From assembly GCA_964489725.1 (NCBI GenBank), contig CAZBAX010000005.1:31935-95934 (forward strand): 64,000 nucleotides of DNA. The letters run 5' to 3'. The notes beneath the pieces were generated by a model. That model saw only the letters and a list, made by a program, of their open reading frames with translations, was not told the DNA's origin and searched no databases. Below are positions 53,303 through 63,084 of this stretch, piece after piece (positions within the stretch are counted from its first letter, which is position 1; every line of letters begins with the position of its first letter). The stretch is from an uncultured Anaerolinea sp. (GTDB lineage: Bacteria; Chloroflexota; Anaerolineae; Anaerolineales; Villigracilaceae). Both the position numbers and the translations under genes were made by a program.

Positions 53303-54241
53303 TTACCTGTTTTTGATCGCAAGCAGCGACAGGTATTCAAAGACGATATTGGAGGCCAGTATTGCTGTTATATCGCCATGATCGAACGGCGGCGAAACCT
53401 CCACCAGATCAAATCCAACGAGATTAAGTCCATTTAAACCACGCACAAGCTGCAGCAGTTGATAACTCGTCAGTCCGCCGACCTCAGGAGTGCCTGTGCC
53501 GGGCGCAAACGCCGGGTCGGCAGAGTCGATATCCACGGTGACGTAGACGGGGCCTGTCATGCGTGCCTGTACTTCTTTCAGGATTTCAGGAATGCCTTTC
53601 TCCATTACCTCATGGATCGTGATCGTCCGGGCGCCAAGTGTGGCGGCATCGGCATAATCGTTCTCCCCGCTCAGCGGACCGCGTATCCCGATCTGCACGT
53701 ATTCGCCCTCGCAGATGAGTCCTTCCTGCAATGCATGTCGAAACGGTGTGCCGTGGCTATAAGGTACTGCTTCAAATTCTGATTCCCAGGTGTCGATGTG
53801 TGCATCTACGTGGACAACAGACACCGCTCCATATTTCTTTGCGTGGGCCCGCAGAAGCGGTAGTGCGATGGAATGATCCCCGCCGAGTGTGATCAAGGTT
53901 GCACCTGAGTTAATGATCTCACCAGCCATGGTTGTGATCGCATCCATGGTATGTTCGATGGATGTGGGGATCACAGAGACGTCACCGTAGTCTACCGCTT
54001 TGAGTTTCTTGAGAGGCGTGACATTGAGAGTTGAATTATGCCCCCAGATCATCAGCGAAGCCTCACGGATCTTACGCGGACCAAATCGGGTACCGGTCCG
54101 ATAAGATGTTCCGCTGTCGAACGGCACACCCAGGATGGCCACATCGACGCCGGCCAGTTCTCGTGTAACAGGCAGCCGCATGAAGGACGGGATTCCCATG
54201 AAGGGTTGCAGCCCCGCACCGAAGGCTGGGTTGTCGTTCAT
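53303..54241 (-). CDS. speB: Agmatinase / ureohydrolase (arginase family)
   Basis: GGDHSI, DAHIDT and DIDSADPAFAPGTGTPE Mn-binding motifs. Substrate not assignable from sequence alone. Confidence 0.8.
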   Translation of the reverse strand: MNDNPAFGAGLQPFMGIPSFMRLPVTRELAGVDVAILGVPFDSGTSYRTGTRFGPRKIREASLMIWGHNSTLNVTPLKKLKAVDYGDVSVIPTSIEHTMDAITTMAGEIINSGATLITLGGDHSIALPLLRAHAKKYGAVSVVHVDAHIDTWESEFEAVPYSHGTPFRHALQEGLICEGEYVQIGIRGPLSGENDYADAATLGARTITIHEVMEKGIPEILKEVQARMTGPVYVTVDIDSADPAFAPGTGTPEVGGLTSYQLLQLVRGLNGLNLVGFDLVEVSPPFDHGDITAILASNIVFEYLSLLAIKNR

Positions 54242-54258
54242 CCAAGACCTCCATTAAA

Positions 54259-54330
54259 CACAAAGGACACCAAGATCACCAGGGGAAAAACAAGAGTTCG
54301 TCCTTTGTGCGCCTTGTGTCCTTCGTGGTG
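54259..54330. repeat. Family-B related palindromic element (cacaaaggacaccaag ... cttgtgtccttcgtggtg)
   Basis: cacaaaggac pairs with gtcctttgtg, and aaggacac with gtgtcctt. Sits in the prfA-speB spacer. Confidence 0.5.
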
Positions 54331-54342
54331 AGAAATGTACGA

Positions 54343-55419
54343 TTATTCTTCTTCGTCGAATCCGCTGCTGGCGAGACGGTCGGCTTCATCGCGCGTGGAC
54401 AGTTCGTCGATGAACTGCTCGATCGAGCCATCCATGACTGCTGGCAGGTTATAACTCGATACGCCTATGCGATGATCTGTGACGCGGTTCTGTGGATAGT
54501 TATAGGTGCGGATCTTCTCAGACCGTTCGCCGCTTCCCACCTGTGAACGACGATCCGATTCGATCTCGGCGCGGCGTTTCTCTTCTTCCAACTCATAAAG
54601 ACGCGCACGCAGAATGCTCAGGGCGCGCAATTTGTTTTGTAACTGCGAGCGTTCATCCTGACAGGTGACGATCATGCCGGTGGGCTTGTGATACAGACGG
54701 ACCGCCGTGGAATTCTTCTGCACGTTCTGTCCACCCGCGCCGGAGGAGCGATACACTTCGACCTCGATGTCGCTCTCGGGGATCTCCACTTCCACGTCAT
54801 CCACTTCTGCCATGACTGCCACGGTTGCCGTAGACGTGTGGATACGTCCCTGTGCTTCGGTGGCGGGCACACGCTGCACCCGATGGACACCCGACTCATA
54901 TTTCAACTTCGAGTAAGCGCCTTTACCTTTGACCTCGAAGATCACTTCCTTGTAGCCGCCAACGCCGATCGCGTTTTCAGACAAGATCTCGGTCTTCCAG
55001 CGTTTGTCTTCCGCGTAGCGGGTGTACATACGGAACAGATCCGAAGCGAAGATGGCGGCTTCGTCTCCGCCCGCGCCGGCGCGGATTTCCACGATCACGT
55101 TTCTGTCGTCGCGAGGATCTTTCGGGACGAGCATACCCTTGATTTCCTTTTCCAGCGCTTCGATCTTCGGGCTAAGATCGACTACATCCTGTTCGGCCAG
55201 CGCGGTCAGTTCCACATCCGATCCAGACTCAAGGATGGCGCGGGCCTCTTCCAGGCTCTTCATGGCCTGGCGGTACTCGCGGGCCTTTTCCACAATGAGC
55301 TCGAGTCCCACACGTTCCTTGCTGATCTCGGCTGCGCGTTGGTAGTTATTGCCCACTTCAAGCAATTCATTTCCCAGCTGTTCAAATCGGTCTTCGATGC
55401 CTTTGAGTTTGTCGAGCAT
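54343..55419 (-). CDS. prfA: Peptide chain release factor 1
   Basis: PAT tripeptide ([10 protein letters not shown]) and GGQ ([10 protein letters not shown]). Start at [12 protein letters not shown]. Confidence 0.95.
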   Translation of the reverse strand: MLDKLKGIEDRFEQLGNELLEVGNNYQRAAEISKERVGLELIVEKAREYRQAMKSLEEARAILESGSDVELTALAEQDVVDLSPKIEALEKEIKGMLVPKDPRDDRNVIVEIRAGAGGDEAAIFASDLFRMYTRYAEDKRWKTEILSENAIGVGGYKEVIFEVKGKGAYSKLKYESGVHRVQRVPATEAQGRIHTSTATVAVMAEVDDVEVEIPESDIEVEVYRSSGAGGQNVQKNSTAVRLYHKPTGMIVTCQDERSQLQNKLRALSILRARLYELEEEKRRAEIESDRRSQVGSGERSEKIRTYNYPQNRVTDHRIGVSSYNLPAVMDGSIEQFIDELSTRDEADRLASSGFDEEE

Positions 55420-55505
55420 AAAAATTCCTACGGGATGTAATGTGACAAGAGAAATGCGCGGCAACCTGCCCCGCGCACGCAGATTATACCAGCCACAGGA
55501 GTCCT

Positions 55506-55652
55506 CTACTGACTTGTCAGTGAGAGGATCATCGAAAGGACCAGCATGATCGACAATAGGATCGCGATGATCTGAAGGATCCGGGTCCGGCGGGCAGATT
55601 CGCGATTCGCTGCCTGTTGTACCGGTTTTTTCTTCGACTTCTTAGCTGACAT
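55506..55652 (-). CDS. Unlisted small ORF: 48-aa basic N-terminus plus single-TM protein
   Basis: Manual translation gives [48 protein letters not shown]. The ATG is 2 nt after the response-regulator stop. Too short for the ORF track. Confidence 0.4.
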   Translation of the reverse strand: MSAKKSKKKPVQQAANRESARRTRILQIIAILLSIMLVLSMILSLTSQ

Positions 55653-55654
55653 AT

Positions 55655-56038
55655 TTACTCACTACTTGTGTGTGTGGAAATTGCCCGTGTCATAGCTTTC
55701 TCAAGTTCTTCTATCGTGACCGGTTTGGTCACGTACGCATCGGCGCCGGCGTTCAAGGCCTTTTCCACCATTGTATCCGCAGCTTCCGAGGAGAGCATAA
55801 CAATTGGCATTTCCTTCCATTCAGAGCGTCGACGCAAAAATTCGATCAGGTCCAGCCCTGATACTTCCGGCATATTGATGTCCACGACCATCAGCTCCGG
55901 CTGTTTGCCGGTCAACAGGGTCTGCACCGCGGAACGTGCGCTCAGGAAGGCTGTGACATTGCACTGCAGCAATTTCAGCATTAAGCCAACGGCGCGTGCC
56001 ATCTCCTCATCGTCGTCGATGATCCAGATCTCCTTCAT
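55655..56038 (-). CDS. Single-domain CheY-like response regulator
   Basis: IWIIDDDEE...MVVDINMPEVSG...K receiver motifs. The start overlaps the uvrC stop. Confidence 0.85.
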   Translation of the reverse strand: MKEIWIIDDDEEMARAVGLMLKLLQCNVTAFLSARSAVQTLLTGKQPELMVVDINMPEVSGLDLIEFLRRRSEWKEMPIVMLSSEAADTMVEKALNAGADAYVTKPVTIEELEKAMTRAISTHTSSE

Positions 56039-57897
56039 TCCAGATGCGCCTTGATCGATTGTGCTGCAGCTTCAGGGACCACAGCCTTCAAATCTTCCAC
56101 AGTTGCCTCTCTGATCTTATCCACAGAGCCGAAATGCTTCAATAATGCCTTTCGCCGCGCCGGTCCAATTCCGGGGATCGCATCCAATTGGGACGCCATG
56201 CCAAGCTTTTGTCTTTTCCTGCGGTGGGCAGTTATACCATATCTGTGCGCTTCGTCGCGGATTCGCTGCACCAGATACAACGCCTGGGAATGTCTCGGCA
56301 GCATCAGCGACTCGGATTTGTGTGGGAAGAAGATTTCTTCCTGTTGTTTCGCCAGCCCCACGACCGGCACTTTACCGTATAACTCGAATTTCTCAAGGAC
56401 ATTGACGGCTCGGCCCAACTGGCCTTTACCTCCGTCGATAATGATCAGGTCTGGCAGGAAGGAGAACGACGCGTCGGGCTTGGACCCGGGCTCTGCCTCC
56501 GTTTGCTGAGCGCCGCGCCACCTGCGGAATCTGCGCGTCAACATTTCCTCCATCGAGGCGAAATCATCCGGCGCGCCGACCACGCTCTCGATATTGAACT
56601 TCCGGTACAATTTTTTATCGGGCACGCCCTGTGTAAACACCACCATGGCGCCGACAATGGCCGTTCCCTGGGTGTTCGAAATGTCATAACATTCGATGCG
56701 GTTGGGCGGTGTGGGTAAATTCAGTGCCTGTTGCAGCTCGGTGAGGGCCTGCTCCTGTTTATGCGTATCGGCTTCCCATTGGGCCCGCAAGGCCTGCAGG
56801 GTTTCGGTCGCGTTTTCGGTTGCCATCTGCACCAGCTCGCGCGGCTGCCCTGATTTGGGGACGAAGATCTCCACCTTCTCACCGCCGCGCTTCGACCGCA
56901 GCCACTGGCTGATGATCTTGCGCTCTTCGATTTCTTCCGGGAGCATCACCTGTTCAGGAATGGTTGCAGCCTCGGTATAGAACTGCGTGACAAATTGCTC
57001 CATGATCTCCGAGCTGGCCTCATCTTCTGTCCCTTCGAGGATGAAATACTCGCGTCCGATCAACTTGCCGCCGCGAATAAAGAAGACCTGTACACAGGCT
57101 TCCCCGTTGCTGCGAGCCATGGCAAGGACATCCGAATCAAGATAATCTGTAGCGAACACGATCTTCTGACGTTCGATGATCGTTTGGACGGCTTTGAGTT
57201 GATCCCTCAGGACGGCTGCTTTTTCGAAGCGCATTTCTCCAGCAGCCTTTTCCATTTCCTGCTGCAGGCGCGTCGTGATCGGCTCACTCTCTCCATTTAG
57301 AAAGTCCATCAGATCAGAGATCATTTGGCGGTACTGCGCTTGCGATGCCGCGCCAATACAGGGCCCGATGCAGCGTTTCATATCGTAGTACAGACAGGCG
57401 CGCAGATCGGTGCCGGTGATGACGCGATCACACGTCAGGTAGGGGAAGATGCGGCGCAGCACATCCAGCGTTTGGTATACGGCCCAGGCAGATGTGTACG
57501 GACCGAAATAACGCGACCCATCCTCCACCATTTGGCGCGTCACCGTCACTTTGGGGAAGGGATCTGCCCAGTGGATCTTGATATAGGGATAGCGCTTGTC
57601 GTCCTTAAGACGGATGTTGTACTTCGGACGGTGTTTTTTGATGAGGTTCATCTCAAGGATGAGAGCCTCCAGCTCAGACCCGACCACGATCCATTCGATA
57701 TCGGCGATCTCACGAACAAGGCGGCGTGTCTTTGCGTCGTGACCGGCATCCGCATGAAAATACGAGCGGACGCGATTCTTCAGGCTGATGGCCTTACCAA
57801 CATAAACAATCGTGCCGCCAGCATTTTTCATAATGTAGCAGCCAGGTTTCGATGGCAGCGTGGCAAGAATGCCTTGCAGCTTCTCAGAAATTTCCAT
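56035..57897 (-). CDS. uvrC: Excinuclease ABC subunit C
   Basis: GIY-YIG N-terminus (GCYIMKN..IVYVGKA), UvrBC domain and C-terminal (HhH)2. Confidence 0.95.
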   Translation of the reverse strand: MEISEKLQGILATLPSKPGCYIMKNAGGTIVYVGKAISLKNRVRSYFHADAGHDAKTRRLVREIADIEWIVVGSELEALILEMNLIKKHRPKYNIRLKDDKRYPYIKIHWADPFPKVTVTRQMVEDGSRYFGPYTSAWAVYQTLDVLRRIFPYLTCDRVITGTDLRACLYYDMKRCIGPCIGAASQAQYRQMISDLMDFLNGESEPITTRLQQEMEKAAGEMRFEKAAVLRDQLKAVQTIIERQKIVFATDYLDSDVLAMARSNGEACVQVFFIRGGKLIGREYFILEGTEDEASSEIMEQFVTQFYTEAATIPEQVMLPEEIEERKIISQWLRSKRGGEKVEIFVPKSGQPRELVQMATENATETLQALRAQWEADTHKQEQALTELQQALNLPTPPNRIECYDISNTQGTAIVGAMVVFTQGVPDKKLYRKFNIESVVGAPDDFASMEEMLTRRFRRWRGAQQTEAEPGSKPDASFSFLPDLIIIDGGKGQLGRAVNVLEKFELYGKVPVVGLAKQQEEIFFPHKSESLMLPRHSQALYLVQRIRDEAHRYGITAHRRKRQKLGMASQLDAIPGIGPARRKALLKHFGSVDKIREATVEDLKAVVPEAAAQSIKAHLE

Positions 57898-57903
57898 GTG
57901 ATA

Positions 57904-57909
57904 ATTTTA
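57904..57909 (-). promoter_or_regulatory. -10 hexamer TAAAAT 6 nt upstream of the uvrC ATG
   Basis: Minus strand reads taaaat, tatcac, then ATG at 57897. No SD. Confidence 0.45.
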
Positions 57910-58006
57910 CATCATGTATAACTCTTGCATTGCATATAGATTTACATTGTTGTAATTGACGGGCATTCATGCCATAATGAATGAAATCTTGTCTATGGAG
58001 GATACG

Positions 58007-58714
58007 ATGAATGACCCAATGAATGCCCCTATGTCCCCCCAACCTAGTGTATCCAGCTCCTTTTTTGACGTGTGGATGAATGCACTAACTAAGCCCAACG
58101 AACAGACCTATGCTGAGATAGCAACATCTCCAGGTGCCAGTCCTGGTAAGGCATATTTATGGATCTTTCTTGCGGCTTTGGTAAATATCTTCATTTCATT
58201 CCTGATTCAGGCAATTTTCCTGGGCTCCAGTGGGCAAATGAGTGATTACCGAGATATGCTGGGCGGATCGATGATAGCCTTGATCTGCATTGTCCCTGTC
58301 TTAGCCGGGGTTGCTGTACTTGCTTTCATGATTAGCACCGGATTGGTTCAGTGGGTAGCAGGAATGTTCAAGGGGGCTGGCAGCTACGGTCAACTCGCTT
58401 ATGCCCTGGGCGCCATCTCTGCTCCCACCACGTTAATATCCTCGGTCCTGTCGGTATTCTCAGCAATCCCATTTCTCGGGCTTTGCTTATGGCCTCTCAG
58501 TATCCTTTTACTCGTATATGTTGCGGTTCTGTCCATTATGGCCGTCAAAGGAGTTAATAAGTTCGGTTGGGGTCAGGCGATTGCTGCTTATTTGCTCCCC
58601 ACCGTAGTATTTTTCGGACTCTGTCTGCTGCCTATCATTGTGATCGCCGTTATGAGACTTATGGGACCGGCCATCGGCAATACATTTAGTACCATCCAAA
58701 ACACTTTGCCATAA
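58007..58714 (+). CDS. Yip1-domain multi-pass membrane protein
   Basis: Five hydrophobic helices after a Pro/Ser-rich N-terminus. Start at the ATG after GGAGGA; 57977 and 57995 are alternatives. Confidence 0.6.
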   Translation: MNDPMNAPMSPQPSVSSSFFDVWMNALTKPNEQTYAEIATSPGASPGKAYLWIFLAALVNIFISFLIQAIFLGSSGQMSDYRDMLGGSMIALICIVPVLAGVAVLAFMISTGLVQWVAGMFKGAGSYGQLAYALGAISAPTTLISSVLSVFSAIPFLGLCLWPLSILLLVYVAVLSIMAVKGVNKFGWGQAIAAYLLPTVVFFGLCLLPIIVIAVMRLMGPAIGNTFSTIQNTLP

Positions 58715-58719
58715 GGAAC

Positions 58720-58750
58720 AAAAAAACTCCCGCACAGTTGCGGGAGTTTT
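58720..58750. terminator. Bidirectional terminator between the convergent Yip1 and kinase genes
   Basis: A-tract, stem ctcccgca / tgcgggag, then T-tract. Confidence 0.8.
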
Positions 58751-60836
58751 ACTTTCCTGAGGGCGGTATCCTATCGGCACCCGGGTAAATGAACATATCT
58801 GCCATGTAATAGGCTTCCTTGTAGGCAACATCTGCACCACACTCGCCTGGAAGAATCTCCTTGGCTGTTCCGTTCCCATTTGCATCCACGCCGCCCAACA
58901 AGTTCTTTCCTAAAACAGCCATCTCTGTGACGAGGGGTTCCATCTCAGGACCGAAGGGCATATCCCGCAGTTGTAGAGCAAGCGACAGGAGTTGATTGGT
59001 CCATCCGTCCAAATTCTGGATACATACCTGAACATTGTCGCTGGCGCTTCGAATGTTTTGCGTTGAGTCGGCTGCGTCTGCTGCGTAGCTGGCATGCAGA
59101 GCTGTCTCCTGGAGATAGCCCAGGCGGTCCCCATTTGCGAAGCTGCCGTACCCGTCGCCTGGATCGTCTATGCTGCCGTTCTTGTCATGGTCGCCATACT
59201 GATCGCTCATGCTCCCAACGATCGAATTAACGACCTCTTCAAGCCGTCTTCGCAATGTTGCTTCATCGCCATCATCATACGCTTGAATGATTCCCACGCT
59301 GTAACTTTCGTTGAATTCATCGCCGTTGATGGATCTGTTGATGTAAGATGCGCTGTAATACCACAGGTTCTGCATGAGTGGGCCCTTATCGGGAAGCTTG
59401 CCATACGAAACGAGAACATGCCGCACGTGGGTCAGGGTGTTGGGAGGGAAGACAGATGAATACATCACTTCACCTGTGGGCCCGTTAATGGCCACGCCAT
59501 CCTTTTCCAGCGTGATAAAGACATGACTGTATTCCAGCAACAAGTTTGCTTCGCTGGGGTCGCTAATTTCAAGGCGGCCGGCGCCCGTGGCGCTAAATTC
59601 CACCGACCCAACGTCACGGATATTCGTGCCATCATCACTTTGGAACCAGACCTCAAGATGTTCTCCTGCCGCGGGGTGAGGAACGTTTGTTAAGGTAATA
59701 ACGCCGTTATCCATAAAGAAGTTGAAATCGTCGAATCGTAGCCTTCCCACCGGCACATTTGGGTCCGCTGGCGTAGGGGTCGCGCCATTGTTGGAATTCC
59801 GCGAGAGTATGAATTGCAGGATGAAAAGACCCAGAATGGCGACGACCGCAACCTCAATGCCAATTCTCGTCCAGCGCGCGGAATTGCGCTCTGGCTCGGG
59901 TGAGGGCGGCTGGCGGCTGGCTTCGGCTGCCTCGCGCGCCAGCTGCGCGATGTGAAGCGTTCCTGGTGAGATGGTCTGCCCGTTGAATAAGGCGATGAAT
60001 TCATTGGCAAGGTCACCGGCATTTTCATAGCGCAGCGCAGGATCTTTGGCAAGGGTGCGGTCCAGGATGGCCTGCAGCTCCATCGAGAGTCCTTTGATGG
60101 TCGGTGGAGGCTCGTTGATATGCTTCATCAACATGCCGAACGTGGTATCTGCCTGGAAGGGCACAGTCCCTGCCAGCATTTCGTACACCATGATACCCAG
60201 GGAATAGATGTCGGTGCGCTTGTCGACTTTTTCGCCGCGTGCCTGCTCGGGACTCATGTAGGTGGGCGTGCCAGACACGGAACCAGCCGTCGTGTGCATG
60301 GTCGAATCGAGCAGGCGGACCAGGCCAAAGTCGGTGAGAACCGGTTCCACATCCTGTGGCAGGGGCTTATTGAGTTGAATGACTCCTGTTCGGGAGCGCA
60401 GAAGCACATTGCCCGGTTTGATATCCCGATGGACAATGCCTTTGCTGTGGGCATAATCGAGCGCGCTGGCAATCGACTTTAAGAGTTGTGCAACCATGCC
60501 GATCGGCAGGCGTTGTTTATTGTCATGCAGGGATTTTAAGTAAGCGGCCAGCGAGGGGCCGGGGATATACTCCATCACCAGGAACGGAGATTCATCAACC
60601 ACATCGTATTCATACATCTGTACGATGTTGGGATGACGCAGGCCTTCGACGACCTCCGCTTCCCGTTGGAAGCGGGCCAGTTGCTCTGAATCTCGATCGA
60701 GCAGTCCTCTCATGACTTTCACAGCGACCTGCCCGAAAGACTCGTAGTTGCCCGTGTAGACTTCAGCCATGCCCCCCCGGGCTATAAGTTCCGCGATTTT
60801 GACCTTGCCGAGCGTTTTTCCTGCCCAGTCTGCCAT
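58749..60836 (-). CDS. Ser/Thr protein kinase with one TM and a large extracytoplasmic domain
   Basis: Hanks kinase motifs (GGMAEVY, VAVK, HRDIKPGNVLL, DFGLV, GTPTYMSPE), a TM near residue 330 and a ~350-aa C-terminal domain. Confidence 0.9.
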   Translation of the reverse strand: MADWAGKTLGKVKIAELIARGGMAEVYTGNYESFGQVAVKVMRGLLDRDSEQLARFQREAEVVEGLRHPNIVQMYEYDVVDESPFLVMEYIPGPSLAAYLKSLHDNKQRLPIGMVAQLLKSIASALDYAHSKGIVHRDIKPGNVLLRSRTGVIQLNKPLPQDVEPVLTDFGLVRLLDSTMHTTAGSVSGTPTYMSPEQARGEKVDKRTDIYSLGIMVYEMLAGTVPFQADTTFGMLMKHINEPPPTIKGLSMELQAILDRTLAKDPALRYENAGDLANEFIALFNGQTISPGTLHIAQLAREAAEASRQPPSPEPERNSARWTRIGIEVAVVAILGLFILQFILSRNSNNGATPTPADPNVPVGRLRFDDFNFFMDNGVITLTNVPHPAAGEHLEVWFQSDDGTNIRDVGSVEFSATGAGRLEISDPSEANLLLEYSHVFITLEKDGVAINGPTGEVMYSSVFPPNTLTHVRHVLVSYGKLPDKGPLMQNLWYYSASYINRSINGDEFNESYSVGIIQAYDDGDEATLRRRLEEVVNSIVGSMSDQYGDHDKNGSIDDPGDGYGSFANGDRLGYLQETALHASYAADAADSTQNIRSASDNVQVCIQNLDGWTNQLLSLALQLRDMPFGPEMEPLVTEMAVLGKNLLGGVDANGNGTAKEILPGECGADVAYKEAYYMADMFIYPGADRIPPSGK

Positions 60837-60846
60837 ATTGAATAAA

Positions 60847-60852
60847 ATTATA
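60847..60852 (-). promoter_or_regulatory. -10 hexamer TATAAT 10 nt upstream of the kinase ATG
   Basis: Minus strand reads tataat, tttattcaat, then ATG at 60836. No SD. Confidence 0.4.
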
Positions 60853-60909
60853 ACCGAGATTGAATCGTGAGCCGTGTATAATCTTCATAACAAATCTGTT
60901 GAGGTTCCT

Positions 60910-61407
60910 GTGGCAAATGCGTCGGAAATTGAGATAGGCACGTTGTTACATCAGCGTGGGTTAACATTGGCCCTGGCTGAATCATGTACCGGTGGACTGA
61001 TCAGCAGCCGGGTTACAGACGTGCCTGGGTCATCTGAGTATTTCCTGGGTTCTGTAGTTTCGTACGCCTATGAGGCCAAGGTGGATCTCCTGGGCGTATC
61101 GTGGGAAACTTTGAGAATGCACGGCGCGGTCAGCGGCGAGACTGTGCTGGAAATGGCCAGGGGCGCCCGCCAGACACTCCATACGGACATTGCCGTTTCT
61201 GTAAGCGGGATCGCCGGCCCAGGTGGTGGCACACCTGAAAAACCAGTCGGGACGACGTGGATTGGCCTGGTGACGAAAGATGGGGAGTGGGCGCGCCGCT
61301 TTCAGTTTAGCGGTGAGCGCGCCCAGGTCAAAATGTCAGCGGCAGATGCGGCTTTGCAATTCCTGTTGGAGTATTTGAATGGCACATTGGCGAGTGATTC
61401 AAGATAA
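60910..61407 (+). CDS. pncC: Nicotinamide-nucleotide amidohydrolase (CinA C-terminal domain, PncC)
   Basis: [13 protein letters not shown] and [11 protein letters not shown] motifs. GTG follows GAGG. A TATAAT lies at 60877-60882. Confidence 0.8.
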   Translation: MANASEIEIGTLLHQRGLTLALAESCTGGLISSRVTDVPGSSEYFLGSVVSYAYEAKVDLLGVSWETLRMHGAVSGETVLEMARGARQTLHTDIAVSVSGIAGPGGGTPEKPVGTTWIGLVTKDGEWARRFQFSGERAQVKMSAADAALQFLLEYLNGTLASDSR

Positions 61408-61411
61408 GCAA

Positions 61412-61433
61412 AGCCGGACCGTCTGGTCCGGCT
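61412..61433 (+). terminator. Hairpin after pncC (weak T-tract)
   Basis: agccggacc gtct ggtccggct. Confidence 0.5.
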
Positions 61434-61512
61434 GTTCGATCTATGGAAGACTATTCCGATAAATCTTAAGGTTCGCAGAAATATGAGTTCCCTCACCGAG
61501 CAACGAAACGAT

Positions 61513-61633
61513 GTCGTTGCGAGGGCATTTTTTGCCCGAAGCAACCTCCAAAAAGGGTAGAAGAGCTAGATAAACGGGCTATTTCAAGTGCCAGGAGATT
61601 GTGTCGCCACAGCGCGCCACTCCTCGCAACGTC
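61513..61633. repeat. Family-A element, degenerate copy A8
   Basis: gtcgttgcgagggcattttttgcccgaagcaacc ... ggagattgtgtcgccacagcgcgccactcctcgcaacgtc. Confidence 0.55.
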
Positions 61634-61661
61634 AGGAGGGAGGTTAACGATTTACACTCCC

Positions 61662-62660
61662 TTAGTTCTGTGCGAATGTGTCGATCAGTAATTTGAAGTT
61701 TCCGCCAACGGGATACAGGATCGGGCAGGTGCAGCCGCGCTTCTTATACTCTTCGACTTTAGCCTTTGCTTCCGACGGCGTTCCCGAGGCTGTAATGTCA
61801 TGCACGAGCTCATCGGGCACCAGATGTTTCGCTTTATTGATCTGTTCCTTGGTGGCGGGCCATCCCAGGATCGATTGAATATCATTGATCACTTCCTGCG
61901 ACACGCGTGAGGCCTTCGCAATATGCGGCTGCTGGGCGAGATACTGGCAGAGAAGTTCCTTGGTGTATTCAATCGCCTTGTCGTGGTCTTCATCCACCGA
62001 GCAGACGATCAACTGTGGACAGTCGAAGTCTTCCATTTTGCGGCCCGCTTTCTTGAGACCTTTTTGCAGCAATTCAAGGGCATTGTCGTTGTACTCTGGC
62101 GGAACGCAGTAATTCAGCACCGCGCCATCCGCGATCTCACCGGTCATTTCCATCATCAGATCGCCGGTTGCACCGATCATGATCGGGATATTGCGCGGCT
62201 CACGGCGGCCGTGGACCACGTCCAGCTCGATGCCATCGACATGATGGAATTCCCCGTGGAACGTGACCCGTTCCATGTTCAACAAGCGCCGCAGCACTTC
62301 CACCGTTTCGCGCATTGCCAGCAGCGGTTTCCTGCGTTCGATACCCACATTCTTTGCCAGCGGATCCCACCATGCGCCGATGCCGCAGATGACGCGGTTG
62401 GGAGCCAGGTCATCTAATGTAAGAAACGTCGCCGCCAGCAGACCGATGTTACGCGTCCAGTTGTTGATGACGCCGGAACCCACTTTGAGCGTATTTGTTA
62501 CCGCCGCGTATGCTGCCATCGGAACAATTGCATCTCGAACGAGCCGCGACTCTGCCTGCCACACAGCTTCAAAGCCCTTCTCCTCAGCATAGCGTGCATA
62601 ATCAAGCCCGTCACGCAAATCATGCGAATCTTGCAGATATAGTGCCACGCGCTCAGTCAT
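61662..62660 (-). CDS. LLM-class (luciferase-like) flavin/F420-dependent oxidoreductase
   Basis: TIM-barrel LLM pattern ([10 protein letters not shown]..., IGAWWDP...). AAGGAGA SD. Adjacent to cofC/cofD. Confidence 0.85.
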   Translation of the reverse strand: MTERVALYLQDSHDLRDGLDYARYAEEKGFEAVWQAESRLVRDAIVPMAAYAAVTNTLKVGSGVINNWTRNIGLLAATFLTLDDLAPNRVICGIGAWWDPLAKNVGIERRKPLLAMRETVEVLRRLLNMERVTFHGEFHHVDGIELDVVHGRREPRNIPIMIGATGDLMMEMTGEIADGAVLNYCVPPEYNDNALELLQKGLKKAGRKMEDFDCPQLIVCSVDEDHDKAIEYTKELLCQYLAQQPHIAKASRVSQEVINDIQSILGWPATKEQINKAKHLVPDELVHDITASGTPSEAKAKVEEYKKRGCTCPILYPVGGNFKLLIDTFAQN

Positions 62661-62911
62661 GGGATTCTCCTTGGTTGCGGTTGGAATAGTGGACGTCCGC
62701 AGGTTTACCTTAAGTATACCCTCACGGGCACTTCGTAAACCTGCGGACGCAAAATTCGATAAAACTCCAGCGCCTTGTGAAGAGATCCTTCCAGCGTGCC
62801 CGTCCGGACAGACCTTCGCAATGCCCGCTTTGGATAGACCGCGAATTCTACCGCCTGTCTCATTATAGTAACTACACTTTACACATAAATTTAGTAAATC
62901 ACGATTCTCAT

Positions 62912-63007
62912 GTCACTCTGAGTGAGCGTTCGTTGCGAACGAAGAGTCTCGGCGCAAATTACGGGAGATTCTTCGTCGCCAGAAGAACGTTGGCTCCTCA
63001 GAATGAC
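62912..63007. repeat. Family-A element, variant copy A9 (gtcactctgag ... ctcagaatgac)
   Basis: Both outer arms carry ctgag/ctcag in place of gcgag/ctcgc, which is compensatory. The inner arms are cgaagagtctc / gagattcttcg. Confidence 0.65.
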
Positions 63008-63084
63008 AAACCTGTGGTTTACTGAAATTCACAAGCTGAAATTCAAATCTAAAGGTTAGGAAATGAAGCGGCACTCTGCAATGC

